A stretch of DNA of 46,056 nucleotides from a virus (Duplodnaviria; Caudoviricetes): positions 1 to 46,056 of the IMG/VR virus record IMGVR_UViG_3300020409_000930; one strand, given 5' to 3'. The position numbers were made by a program, and so were the translations under genes. This document shows, one piece after another, positions 1 to 9,724 of the stretch; position 1 is the stretch's first letter; every line of letters starts with the position of its first letter. The notes under the pieces are model-generated. The model did not search any database and was not told the origin of the DNA. It worked only from the letters and a program-made list of their open reading frames with translations.

Positions 1-384
1 GGATATGGTGGTGTAAAACTTTTACCAAGAGATTTGACGTTAAATATGAATATAGACACTGCCGATATGACTACAAGTATCAGTGATAGGTTTAGACCAA
101 TGGAACAAATATCTAACATATCTGCTTTTAACACAAGTCCTTTTGACACATGGAAAAGTGCATTTAGAGAGTGTGTAAAACTATCAAGCAAAGTGATTGA
201 TAGGCAGGAAGACTCAGAAACAGAAGCAAGATTAGATGCATGGTGTAGGTCAGATGATCTAATCGCAGTGAATGGCGCTTTGGCAGGCAAAAAATATGGC
301 ACAAAAAATAAAGGCAATAAAGAAGCAATAGCAAAAATAAATGACTTTGCTTGGTTAGAAGAGGTTTATAAAAATGCAAACTAA
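1..384 (+). CDS. C-terminal part of a conserved phage protein, possibly glycosyltransferase-like (5' truncated by window)
   Basis: Frame 1 is open from base 1 (GYGGVKLLPRD...AFNTSPFDTWKSAFRECVKL); stop overlaps the next gene's start. Confidence 0.5.
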   Translation, partial: GYGGVKLLPRDLTLNMNIDTADMTTSISDRFRPMEQISNISAFNTSPFDTWKSAFRECVKLSSKVIDRQEDSETEARLDAWCRSDDLIAVNGALAGKKYGTKNKGNKEAIAKINDFAWLEEVYKNAN

Positions 385-1516
385 TTTTGATATTCCATTT
401 AAAAATATTGTAGAGTTTGGACAACAAACTATGTTGGATCAGAAATTATTTTCTGTAAGTTGGATATTAAGCAGATTTTGTAACTATAATTGTTCATATT
501 GTTGGCCCTATGCACACAGCGACAAGCCTGATCATAGACCATTAGAACAATACAAACAAACAATAGATGAAATAAAAAGACAAGCAAGGGACAATGGATT
601 TAAAGATTTCCATTTTAGTTTTAGTGGTGGTGAGCCTACTGCGTACAAAAAGTTTTTAGAATTGATTGAATATTATAATCAAGATCCAGATGCTACCTAT
701 CAAAGCATACACATGACAACTAATCTAAGTCCTGGTATGAAATGGTGGGAACGTTGGTTAGATGCAACAAAACAATTGACACGAAGATCAATCACTGCAA
801 GTTTCCATCACGAATTTGCAAATGAACAAGAGTTTGGCGATAAAATTTTAATGCTTACCAATCACGATGTATTTGTAACAATAAATCAAGTAATGGTTCC
901 AGAATTATTTGATGACTTATATGCTAGATGTAAAAGATTCCATGAGCGGGGTATCAACGTTACTCTTAAACCTCAAAGTGATCCCACAGCAAGTTTTATT
1001 GTAGACGGATATACAGATGAACAAAAGGAATTGATGCAACAAGGATTTCCACAACAGTTTCCAGAAAAATATTACAATAACTTTGACAGTTTCGAATCAA
1101 ACTGGGCAGACAGAATAGACAACAAAATATATCAATTGAAACTTATAGATAATAAAAAGAAAGAATATTTCCTAGATCAGGCAGAAAGATTAAACGCATT
1201 TGGATTTAACAAGTTTCAAAATTGGACTTGCAATGCCGGTTATCAAAGTTGTATTGTAAGGGAACCAGGAGGAGAAGTAAAAAGAAGTTATAGTTGTCAC
1301 GACCAACCTTTGGGATCAATTGATGAAGGATTTAAATTGTTCAATACACCTATGCCATGTATTACTCCTAGTTGTGTTAGCAGTGCTGACAGCAAAATAC
1401 CAAAAAAGAAAGAATGTCCTTGCGGAAGATCACCAACTGGTAGATGTTGTGGTTGGCATAATTTATCGGAAGAAGATTACAAAAAGAAATTAGAGGAATA
1501 TTACGCAAATGTATAA
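374..1516 (+). CDS. Radical SAM protein with C-terminal Cys-rich (twitch-like) region and a CDGSH-like tail
   Basis: CNYNCSYC (CX3CX2C), FSGGEP, TTN, CNAG...C...CX4C; terminal CPCGRSPTGRCCGWH. Confidence 0.88.
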   Translation: MQTNFDIPFKNIVEFGQQTMLDQKLFSVSWILSRFCNYNCSYCWPYAHSDKPDHRPLEQYKQTIDEIKRQARDNGFKDFHFSFSGGEPTAYKKFLELIEYYNQDPDATYQSIHMTTNLSPGMKWWERWLDATKQLTRRSITASFHHEFANEQEFGDKILMLTNHDVFVTINQVMVPELFDDLYARCKRFHERGINVTLKPQSDPTASFIVDGYTDEQKELMQQGFPQQFPEKYYNNFDSFESNWADRIDNKIYQLKLIDNKKKEYFLDQAERLNAFGFNKFQNWTCNAGYQSCIVREPGGEVKRSYSCHDQPLGSIDEGFKLFNTPMPCITPSCVSSADSKIPKKKECPCGRSPTGRCCGWHNLSEEDYKKKLEEYYANV

Positions 1517-2495
1517 ACTTGAAGATATAAGAGACGTGCATTTAGAAATCACAAGCAAATGTCAGGCTAAATGTCCTATGTGTCCTAGAAGGATCAACGG
1601 AGGGCCAATGAATCCATTTGTAAGTTTGGATGAGATTACTTTAGATATTTTTAAAAAATGGTTTCCTGAAGACTTCATTAAACAGTTGAACAGTATGTTC
1701 ATGTGTGGAAACTTAGGAGATCCAATCATAAGCAAAGATACTTTAGAGATTTATCAGTATCTAAGACAAACAAGTCCAAGAATAAGATTGTCTATGCATA
1801 CAAACGGAAGTGCAAGAGATGAAAATTGGTGGAAAAAATTAGCACAACAAAGAGTTATTGTAACGTTTGGTTTAGATGGACTTAAAGACACAAATCATTT
1901 GTACAGAATATCAACAGACTTCGATAAAATTATAGCAAACGCAAAAGCATTCATAGGTGCGGGAGGTTATGCAAAATGGCATATGTTAGTGTTCGAACAC
2001 AACGAACATCAAATACAAGAAGCAAAAGCAATGTCTGAATCTCTTGGCTTCAAGACATTTACAACAAAACATACTTCAAGATTCAAAGGAGATTATCTAC
2101 AAGTGATAGATGAGAAAGGAAATCCTTTGCATAAATTAAGACCATCTGAAAAAAGTAAAGCAATGATTCCTTTAGTAGCACAATCACAAAATGAAGCAAG
2201 GCCAACTATCGTGTGTAAGGCACAAAAAAATAAACAGATATATGTAAGTGCTTGTGGTAATGTTTCGCCTTGTTGTTGGCTAGATATGGAGTGGATTCCG
2301 CCTCACGCAGAAGCAAGAATAGATTATATGAAAAGAATAAAAAAGTTTCCGAATTTAAATATAAGCAGTATGCAAGAAATATTCGACAGCAATTATTTTA
2401 AAGAAATAGAAGACACATGGGGACACACTCCTTTGAAGGAATGTAGTAAGCAGTGTGGCTCTTTTGATAAACTTGGAGCACAATTTGAAAATTAA
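1509..2495 (+). CDS. Radical SAM/SPASM-twitch domain protein
   Basis: CQAKCPMC, CGNLGDP, HTNG, GLDG; C-terminal C...GNVSPCC...CX3C. Confidence 0.88.
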   Translation: MYKLEDIRDVHLEITSKCQAKCPMCPRRINGGPMNPFVSLDEITLDIFKKWFPEDFIKQLNSMFMCGNLGDPIISKDTLEIYQYLRQTSPRIRLSMHTNGSARDENWWKKLAQQRVIVTFGLDGLKDTNHLYRISTDFDKIIANAKAFIGAGGYAKWHMLVFEHNEHQIQEAKAMSESLGFKTFTTKHTSRFKGDYLQVIDEKGNPLHKLRPSEKSKAMIPLVAQSQNEARPTIVCKAQKNKQIYVSACGNVSPCCWLDMEWIPPHAEARIDYMKRIKKFPNLNISSMQEIFDSNYFKEIEDTWGHTPLKECSKQCGSFDKLGAQFEN

Positions 2496-3090
2496 CATAA
2501 AAGATGTGTTGTTTTGGATGGATGCTATCAGACAATCTGATGACAGATATCGAACATTAGAAAGTTTCTGGAAAGGTCAAATTAACAGCAAAGTTTGGTT
2601 AATTGAACATTTAGAAAAGTATCATCAAAATTTGCCGTATAATATATTAGTGTGCGGTGGTTGGAATGGAGTACTTGCAACATTATTGTTTAACAGCAAT
2701 CTTGATATTACAAGAATAGTAAGCATGGACATAGATAAGAATTGTGAAGAAATAGCATACACTATGAATAAAGATTATGAAATGGATGGAAGATTTAAAG
2801 CAATTACTTCTGATATGTTGACTTATGAAGATTATGGAAAACACAATTTAATAATCAATACGGTGTGTGAACATATGACAAGTGAACAATACAACGAATG
2901 GTTAGACAAATTGCCTTCAAAGAAAAGAATAGTATTGCAAAGCAATGACTATTTCAGTCATAAAGAGCACGTAAATTGTAAACAAACTTTGGAAGAATTC
3001 CAACAAGATTGTAAATTAAATATTGATATTGCGGCTACTATGCCAACAGAAAAGTATAATAGATTTATGATAATAGGACACAAAAAATGA
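2485..3090 (+). CDS. Class I SAM-dependent methyltransferase-like protein
   Basis: ILVCGGWNG motif I, SMDID acidic motif II, NTVCEH; start moved to TTG at 2485 after GGAG. Confidence 0.6.
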   Translation: MKINIKDVLFWMDAIRQSDDRYRTLESFWKGQINSKVWLIEHLEKYHQNLPYNILVCGGWNGVLATLLFNSNLDITRIVSMDIDKNCEEIAYTMNKDYEMDGRFKAITSDMLTYEDYGKHNLIINTVCEHMTSEQYNEWLDKLPSKKRIVLQSNDYFSHKEHVNCKQTLEEFQQDCKLNIDIAATMPTEKYNRFMIIGHKK

Positions 3091-3698
3091 AAGCACCAGT
3101 AAATTTTTCAGATAAGGTTGCTTATAAAATTACAATGTTCTTGCGTTGGATTGCAGATACGTTTTTCAAAAAACGTTATGGACACAGGGCAGTTGTACTA
3201 GAAACAGTTGCAGGTGTTCCTGGCATGGTCGCAGGTATGTGGAACCATTTAAGAAGTTTACGTAAAATGAAACCAGATGACAGAGGTTGGATCAAAACAT
3301 TATTAGCAGAAGCGGAAAATGAACGTATGCATCTGATGATTTTTATTAGGATTGCAAAGCCAAATTGGTTTGAACGTTGGATGATTATTACAGCACAATT
3401 TATTTTCTGGCACTTCTATATGTTCTTGTACATATTTTTTCCGCAGTGTGCCCACAGAATGGTTGCATACTTTGAGGAACAAGCCTGCATAAGTTATACA
3501 GAATATCTAAAAGAAATAGATGAGGGTAGAACAGAAAATATAAAAGCACCTAAAATTGCAATAGATTATTATAATTTGTCTAAAGACGCAACATTAAGAG
3601 ATGTTGTAATAGCAGTCCGTAAAGATGAAGAAGGACATAGAGACGTAAATCATGACATGGCAGATCAAATTAGAAGAAAAAGAGCAGGATTAATATAA
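3087..3698 (+). CDS. aox: Alternative oxidase (ubiquinol oxidase, di-iron carboxylate)
   Basis: LETVAGVPGMV, EAENERMHL, FEEQACISY and DEEGHRDVNH give all AOX di-iron ligand motifs. Confidence 0.95.
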   Translation: MKAPVNFSDKVAYKITMFLRWIADTFFKKRYGHRAVVLETVAGVPGMVAGMWNHLRSLRKMKPDDRGWIKTLLAEAENERMHLMIFIRIAKPNWFERWMIITAQFIFWHFYMFLYIFFPQCAHRMVAYFEEQACISYTEYLKEIDEGRTENIKAPKIAIDYYNLSKDATLRDVVIAVRKDEEGHRDVNHDMADQIRRKRAGLI

Positions 3699-4405
3699 TG
3701 ATTATGAGCAACAAAGACATAGAAGAGTATCATAACATAGGCTTAGATACAGCCACAAAGGTCTTTAATAAATTTAAAGACGGCACTTTGCCTTGGCTTG
3801 AATTAGATATTGATTTCAAACCATTTATAGATAGTCAAGAATTAAATTCAGTAGATCCTTACTATGTGCCACACAGAAGTGATGAGTATGGCAACAAAGG
3901 TTGGAGCAGTTGTTGTTTACATGGACTAGGAATAGAACTTACTGAGGTTGCTGGACAATACGGATTTACAGATGAATTGAATGCGCCTTATGATTGGACA
4001 GCACTTACAAATAATGCACCAATGGCAACAAAATTTTGGAAACAATTTCCTGCGGAAAAATATAGCAGAGTAAGATTTATGAAACTGGAAGCACATGGAC
4101 AAATAGAATGGCATGACGATCATCCTAAAAATGAATTACCAGAAGATCTATGTGATTATCTGATTCCAATAAATGTTGCGTTGGTTAATCCTGCACTATG
4201 TTATATGGAAGTAAAAGACCATGGACTTGTTCCATGGCGCAATGGAAAAGTGTATCTAATTAATATTCTGAAGAAGCATAGGGTACAAAATAATTCTAAT
4301 TCTTCAAGAATTCATATGATAGCACAGGCACACATTGGAAACAAAAGAGATGAATTTAATGAATTATTAGATAGGAGTTTAAAAAAGAATGGCATTCGTA
4401 TTTGA
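3698..4405 (+). CDS. Aspartyl/asparaginyl beta-hydroxylase-like 2OG-Fe(II) oxygenase
   Basis: RVRFMKL...WHDD (HxD), distal H in KHRVQN, terminal RIHMI. Confidence 0.7.
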   Translation: MIMSNKDIEEYHNIGLDTATKVFNKFKDGTLPWLELDIDFKPFIDSQELNSVDPYYVPHRSDEYGNKGWSSCCLHGLGIELTEVAGQYGFTDELNAPYDWTALTNNAPMATKFWKQFPAEKYSRVRFMKLEAHGQIEWHDDHPKNELPEDLCDYLIPINVALVNPALCYMEVKDHGLVPWRNGKVYLINILKKHRVQNNSNSSRIHMIAQAHIGNKRDEFNELLDRSLKKNGIRI

Positions 4406-5780
4406 AGCATCTAATTTAAAACATAAGAATATTATTTTTATTTGTAGCACAAATTTTCATTTAATTAAAAATAATGCAACAAAAGAAACAATAATGAATA
4501 TTGCTGAATATGGCATAACAAATATTACCAGCAATGGATATGATTGTTGGATTGCAATAAGTGAAACGACAAGTTTACAACAGGCAGTGGAAAAATATGA
4601 TTATGCTGTGGTATATACTCCAGACACAGAGTTTGAGGGCGGTAAATTTTTTGAACATTTACATGAATTAATTAAAAAGGATTTCTTTATAGCAGGTCAC
4701 GTTTTAGATAGAAAAGAAGGATATTACGAACTTCATGAACAATGCTATGTGGTTAATTTGAAAAAATACAAAGAACTAGAATGTCCTGATGTCGGAGATG
4801 CAGAGCCAAATGCTGAACACATGGATAACGAACCTATACGTAGTGATGAAAATTTCCACGACGATTATACTCCACTATGGATAAAGCCTGGGGATACTCC
4901 AAAGCAATACAAAGAAAAATGGCATGGTTGGAATTTAATAAGAACTGCATTGGACAATGGTGAAAATATAATTGTGTTTGATGAGGATATTAGACATTCG
5001 AAAAGATGTTATTACGCTCCGCACGAAACAGATTTTATGGATAACAGCAAACACATATATCACAAATACAATTTAAGTGCAAGTAGATTGTTCTATCCGA
5101 TAAACACAGAAGAAGTATTAGATGTTCCGATGAAAGGTCCAATTAATCAATTAATAATGCCTGCCAGCGGATTCAATTGGGTAAGTTACTTGGACAAATA
5201 CGGCATTTTAGATGAAGGGAAGACCGAGGTTATATTTTATGATTATAATCCAAATGCACTTTATTATATGCAACAAACAATAGAAAATTTTGAGGGAGGA
5301 GATTATCACAGGTTTTTGAAAGGCGTCAACAAACACAAAACAAATGATTGGATTGATAGTAAAATGGATATAGCAGACTACATGAGCAAGGTTAAAAATT
5401 TTACTAGATACAAAGATTCTGTAAAATTTAAATTTGTAGAATGTGATTTGTTAAATGATTTCAATCTTAAATTTAAAAATCAACCTAATACAATATTCCA
5501 CGTAAGCAATATTTTTGCTTACGAACCAACTGCGCCATTTATTGGCACAAAACATAGAGTATACAAAGAAAATCAACTTATAAGATATCTAAATGAAAAA
5601 TATGATAAAATTAATTTAATTGTATCTGTACACGCATGGGATGGTTTTGTTGATTATCCTATTCACGCAGGACCGGTAAGTAAATTTACTGAATGCGATA
5701 TAGATGATTTAAGAGCACCTCTTTGGAGGTTTGGTAAAGAATGGAAAAAAGAAACGGACGAAGATGACGGACAGCAATGA
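4389..5780 (+). CDS. Hypothetical 463-aa protein; possibly transferase-like N-domain plus methyltransferase-like C-domain
   Basis: Long ORF coupled to both neighbours; weak motifs IFYDYNP, VECDLL, IFHVSNIF. Confidence 0.45.
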   Translation: MAFVFEASNLKHKNIIFICSTNFHLIKNNATKETIMNIAEYGITNITSNGYDCWIAISETTSLQQAVEKYDYAVVYTPDTEFEGGKFFEHLHELIKKDFFIAGHVLDRKEGYYELHEQCYVVNLKKYKELECPDVGDAEPNAEHMDNEPIRSDENFHDDYTPLWIKPGDTPKQYKEKWHGWNLIRTALDNGENIIVFDEDIRHSKRCYYAPHETDFMDNSKHIYHKYNLSASRLFYPINTEEVLDVPMKGPINQLIMPASGFNWVSYLDKYGILDEGKTEVIFYDYNPNALYYMQQTIENFEGGDYHRFLKGVNKHKTNDWIDSKMDIADYMSKVKNFTRYKDSVKFKFVECDLLNDFNLKFKNQPNTIFHVSNIFAYEPTAPFIGTKHRVYKENQLIRYLNEKYDKINLIVSVHAWDGFVDYPIHAGPVSKFTECDIDDLRAPLWRFGKEWKKETDEDDGQQ

Positions 5781-7182
5781 ATACTGGTTTAATCCAGAAG
5801 ATTCACAACTAGGTAAGTGGCAAAGAGAACTTGCAAAAGTCTCTGGCAGTAATACTTTTTGTATTTTGCCTTGGATACATTTTGCTACAAGACCTAACGG
5901 CGATATGCGTTTATGTTGCTCTGCAAATGCCAGTGGTGCTGGTAAAGATCATGAAGTCGGAATAATCAAAAAAGAAGATGGCACACCTGCGAACTTTGGA
6001 AAAGATACTCCTATGAGTGCTTGGAATAATGATTATATGAAAAGTGTAAGAACAACTATGCTTCAAGGTCAAATACCTGCAAGTTGTAATAAATGTTTCC
6101 AAGAGGAAAAAGTAGGCGTTGTAAGTAAACGTATTTGGGAAACTGGTACATGGCATAAAGATGGTGTTGATATACATGAATTAATTAGGCAAACAAAAGA
6201 AGATGGCACTGTCCCCGAAGAATTAGTATATTTAGATTTACGTCTTGGTCACACTTGCAATATAAAATGTGTAATGTGTTCGCCACATGACAGTAGTAAG
6301 TGGGTGAAAGATTGGCAAACACTGATGCCACAACTTGAAAACAAACACGTGAAAGATCAACTGCAATGGGGTAAAAAAGAATTCAATAACTTCTGGTACG
6401 AAAAGCCAGAGTTTTGGGAAGAAATGTACAAGCAAATTCCTAATCTAAAACAAGTTTATTTTGCAGGTGGCGAACCGCTAATGATAAAAGAACACAAAAA
6501 ATTTATTGAAGAAATTATTAGACAAGGATATCAAGACAAAATTTTACTAAGATACAATTCAAATGGTATATTAGTGGACAAAGACTTAATAGAATTGTGG
6601 AGCAAATTTAAAAAAGTAAAATTTGCGATTAGCATGGACGCAATAGAAAAACGTGATGAGTATATTAGATTTCCAACGGACTGGGACACAGTCGAAAAGA
6701 ACTTGCGTATGCTTGACGAAACTCCAGACAATATTCAAACAAGTTTAGCAACAGCAATACAAATATTCAATGTAAAACATTTACCGGATTTCATGAAATG
6801 GAAAGTACAAAGTAAATTTAAAAAATTAAATTTAGGTACGGTGCCCGGCAACGTACAAATGGGTGGCGGACTTGTTAATATGCACTTGTTGTATATTCCA
6901 ACATTCTTAAGTATTCAGATATTACCTAAAGAAGATAAGCAAGAAGTAGAAGAACGTTTTACAGAATTTAAAAGTTGGCTGTGGGACAATTATAGACAGG
7001 ACGATGATTATTGGAAACACAATCCTTATGGTTGGAAAAGATGGGACGCAGTTGTAAAACATATGAACGCACAAGACAATTCATACTTGTTGCCTGGTTT
7101 CAAAGAGTATGTTAATAAATTAGATGCTATAAGGAAGGTTGACGCCAAGCAAGTGTTTCCGGAGTTGTCGCATCTTCTATAA
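5764..7182 (+). CDS. Radical SAM protein with N-terminal twitch/SPASM domain
   Basis: N-terminal FCILPW...LCC...CX2C; CNIKCVMC; FAGGEPL; start moved to Met at 5764. Confidence 0.88.
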   Translation: MTDSNEYWFNPEDSQLGKWQRELAKVSGSNTFCILPWIHFATRPNGDMRLCCSANASGAGKDHEVGIIKKEDGTPANFGKDTPMSAWNNDYMKSVRTTMLQGQIPASCNKCFQEEKVGVVSKRIWETGTWHKDGVDIHELIRQTKEDGTVPEELVYLDLRLGHTCNIKCVMCSPHDSSKWVKDWQTLMPQLENKHVKDQLQWGKKEFNNFWYEKPEFWEEMYKQIPNLKQVYFAGGEPLMIKEHKKFIEEIIRQGYQDKILLRYNSNGILVDKDLIELWSKFKKVKFAISMDAIEKRDEYIRFPTDWDTVEKNLRMLDETPDNIQTSLATAIQIFNVKHLPDFMKWKVQSKFKKLNLGTVPGNVQMGGGLVNMHLLYIPTFLSIQILPKEDKQEVEERFTEFKSWLWDNYRQDDDYWKHNPYGWKRWDAVVKHMNAQDNSYLLPGFKEYVNKLDAIRKVDAKQVFPELSHLL

Positions 7183-7840
7183 GTTGTAATACTTTTTTAC
7201 TTCCATCACTGCCCATATGATTCAATCTAAACTTTAAAATATTTTGTAGCCAAGGCAGATTATTTTCACACCAACCGCTGATAGGATCAGTTCTACAACT
7301 TACATAGTACAATGGTGTCCTAACCTCAGTTCCATTGCGCCACCTATATAGGAAACTAATATCCTTTAATTCTGCTTTTGACCAAGGTTCAACCTTTGTA
7401 TCACCAAAACTCCACAAGTGAATTATTTTACCTTTACACTTTGAAAGATATTCATTGTCTAACCAATATGCCGCTGTTTGAAAATTTAATCTTTCTTTAT
7501 CCCATTCAATTAGATGTTCGTAGTACTGCCTTGCCGCTTTGTGTTTTTTACTTCTATGAGCATAAGCACTAGGCGGAGTAATGTCTCCTGTGCTATGATA
7601 TATTCTAAAAGGATCTGTCCATGCAAACACTATGTAATCTAAGTTTACAAACTTGTGGAAGTTTTGTTTAAAATGTATCATGGTGTTCCAATAACTAGAA
7701 CCACTTACTCCAACATTAACAATTTTTGCATCATACTTGTCGGCAAGTTTACCCATCCAATTACCTTTACGTGGATGTGTTACAAAACTGTCGCCAAAGA
7801 AACCTATCGTCCTTTTGGCACTTGAACGTCCGCTATACAT
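7127..7840 (-). CDS. SGNH/GDSL hydrolase-like protein
   Basis: FFGDSF block I, NVGVSGSS block II, C-terminal NH; start uncertain. Confidence 0.55.
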   Translation of the reverse strand: MYSGRSSAKRTIGFFGDSFVTHPRKGNWMGKLADKYDAKIVNVGVSGSSYWNTMIHFKQNFHKFVNLDYIVFAWTDPFRIYHSTGDITPPSAYAHRSKKHKAARQYYEHLIEWDKERLNFQTAAYWLDNEYLSKCKGKIIHLWSFGDTKVEPWSKAELKDISFLYRWRNGTEVRTPLYYVSCRTDPISGWCENNLPWLQNILKFRLNHMGSDGSKKVLQLIEDATTPETLAWRQPSL

Positions 7841-8814
7841 ACACACCTTTCTTGTGTACAAAATGTACTATTCACTGGAAACACTAATGTTGGATCATCA
7901 TACTTCAATCCTGTAAAGTTGCCTAATTCAACTCTACAACCTGCTCCAAGATATACTCTTTTGTCATAGTTAATATAAATCCTGTTAATACCTGCTCTAC
8001 ACTGATAATGACGCCAATCGGTTACGCCGTTAGTGACTGCCCAATAAGGATCAAAGTCTTTTCTAGACAATAATTTCTCGCCTTTATCATTTGTTTCTGC
8101 CACGTACATATACATATCTCTGTTTAATTTAGTTGCCACTCTTTTGCTCACCCGCTCTTGTGGTCTAATAACTTTGTTAAAAATTTCTTTTTGATCCGAA
8201 TTGTATGGATATAGATCTCTTTCATCTGCTGTATCTGTTTCCCAGATGTGATGTAAAGGTTTTGCTTGTATGCCCCAATTTTTGTGTCTACTAGTCTTCA
8301 GTTCTTCTATAATGCGTTTACACTTATCAAATTCGTCTGGCTTGATCATGACATGGCAAATACTATCTACTCCAACATCTATAAGATAGTCACAAACTTC
8401 TAGTATGTGCTTTGTATCAACATATTCAGGATGTATACTAAAATGCACTGCGAAGAAATTTTTGTAATTGTCTTTCCACCATTGCATTTTCCTACTACCA
8501 TTAGTAATGGGAATTATAAAATTGTTTGGTTTGCTGTTTATATATTCACAAAGATCAGCAAAATGTTTATACAATGTAGGCTCGCCGCCTCCAAATTTCC
8601 ATATGTAATTTTCTATGCCCATGTCATCATAATGTTCATGTAATCTATCAATAAATTTTATGCTTTTATCTAGATCTATCCAGGGAAAAGAATTATCATG
8701 TAGAACAGGTAAACAATAAGAACAGTTGTAATTACAAGTATTTCCAAGAGTCCATTCTATCTGTAGAACTTTATCGAACTCTGCAAATTTATATCCTGTT
8801 CTTCTAACTTCCAT
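7804..8814 (-). CDS. Radical SAM protein (paralog of 374-1516 and 8804-9724)
   Basis: CNYNCSYC, GGGEP, TNGSR, CRAG...C...CX4CXC. Confidence 0.88.
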   Translation of the reverse strand: MEVRRTGYKFAEFDKVLQIEWTLGNTCNYNCSYCLPVLHDNSFPWIDLDKSIKFIDRLHEHYDDMGIENYIWKFGGGEPTLYKHFADLCEYINSKPNNFIIPITNGSRKMQWWKDNYKNFFAVHFSIHPEYVDTKHILEVCDYLIDVGVDSICHVMIKPDEFDKCKRIIEELKTSRHKNWGIQAKPLHHIWETDTADERDLYPYNSDQKEIFNKVIRPQERVSKRVATKLNRDMYMYVAETNDKGEKLLSRKDFDPYWAVTNGVTDWRHYQCRAGINRIYINYDKRVYLGAGCRVELGNFTGLKYDDPTLVFPVNSTFCTQERCVCIADVQVPKGR

Positions 8815-9724
8815 TTTTAACTTTTGTTATGTTTATATCTGCGGCACACGTGCACCAATCTCTAGTACAGTCAATAGGATCCTTAGGTTTTTGAAAAGTT
8901 CCTTCATAAATGTTACCTAAACTGCCTCCCACTCTACAAGTTGCTCTGTGAACATCACCGTCCCAATTAATCATTAAACTTTCTAATCCTGCGTTGCACT
9001 TCCAATTTTTAAATTGGTTAGTCTTTTCGATTAGCATATCATTTACGTTGCAAGTTTTTGGTCCATTGTCTATCAAAACATTGTGTGGTGGATTATGGTT
9101 TTCCATTTTCAAAAATTCCAATTCATCCGGACTATACCGATTCATGTCTTCAAAAATATCGTGTGTTTTGGTCCAACGTATTGGTCTTAATGCAAACTTT
9201 ATTTGCTCCTCAGAAAGGCGTCTACAAACGTCTTTGACGTCGTTTAAACGTCCCGGAAGCATCATTACGTGTACAAGTATATTTTTGTTTTGCGACCCTT
9301 GTGCGGCCCTTAAAATTGATTTCATCACCTTTTGGTAATCGTATTCAAAGTGTAAACTGAATACCAAATGATCAACCAAATTGTCTAAAAGATGCGTATA
9401 ATATTTGGCAGTCCTTGTGCCGTTAGTAGTAACATTCAACCAACTTACTTTTGGTCTTGCATATTCTAAAAGTTCTAAAAATTTTGGATGCACACATGGC
9501 TCGCCACCTGTAAAACTTATTCTTACTTTTGTTCTTAGATCAGGCATACTACCTACCAAATCATCCACTGCATTTTTTAAAATTTTAATGTCAGTATGTT
9601 TACTAAAGTTGTCATGTATCTCTGCTGGACAATAAGAACAATCATAATTACATCTTTTGCCTAGGTTCCATTCTACTTTTACACTTTCTTGTACGTGTTT
9701 ATATAAATGTTCAACTCTAAACAT
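8804..9724 (-). CDS. Radical SAM protein
   Basis: CNYDCSYC, FTGGEP, TTNG, CNAG...C...CX4CXC; start moved to 9724 (GGAG upstream). Confidence 0.88.
   Translation of the reverse strand: MFRVEHLYKHVQESVKVEWNLGKRCNYDCSYCPAEIHDNFSKHTDIKILKNAVDDLVGSMPDLRTKVRISFTGGEPCVHPKFLELLEYARPKVSWLNVTTNGTRTAKYYTHLLDNLVDHLVFSLHFEYDYQKVMKSILRAAQGSQNKNILVHVMMLPGRLNDVKDVCRRLSEEQIKFALRPIRWTKTHDIFEDMNRYSPDELEFLKMENHNPPHNVLIDNGPKTCNVNDMLIEKTNQFKNWKCNAGLESLMINWDGDVHRATCRVGGSLGNIYEGTFQKPKDPIDCTRDWCTCAADINITKVKNGS

Noticed and set aside
3087-3698. Cyanophage PTOX
   Set aside because: Motifs are AOX-type, and no photosynthesis genes are present in the window
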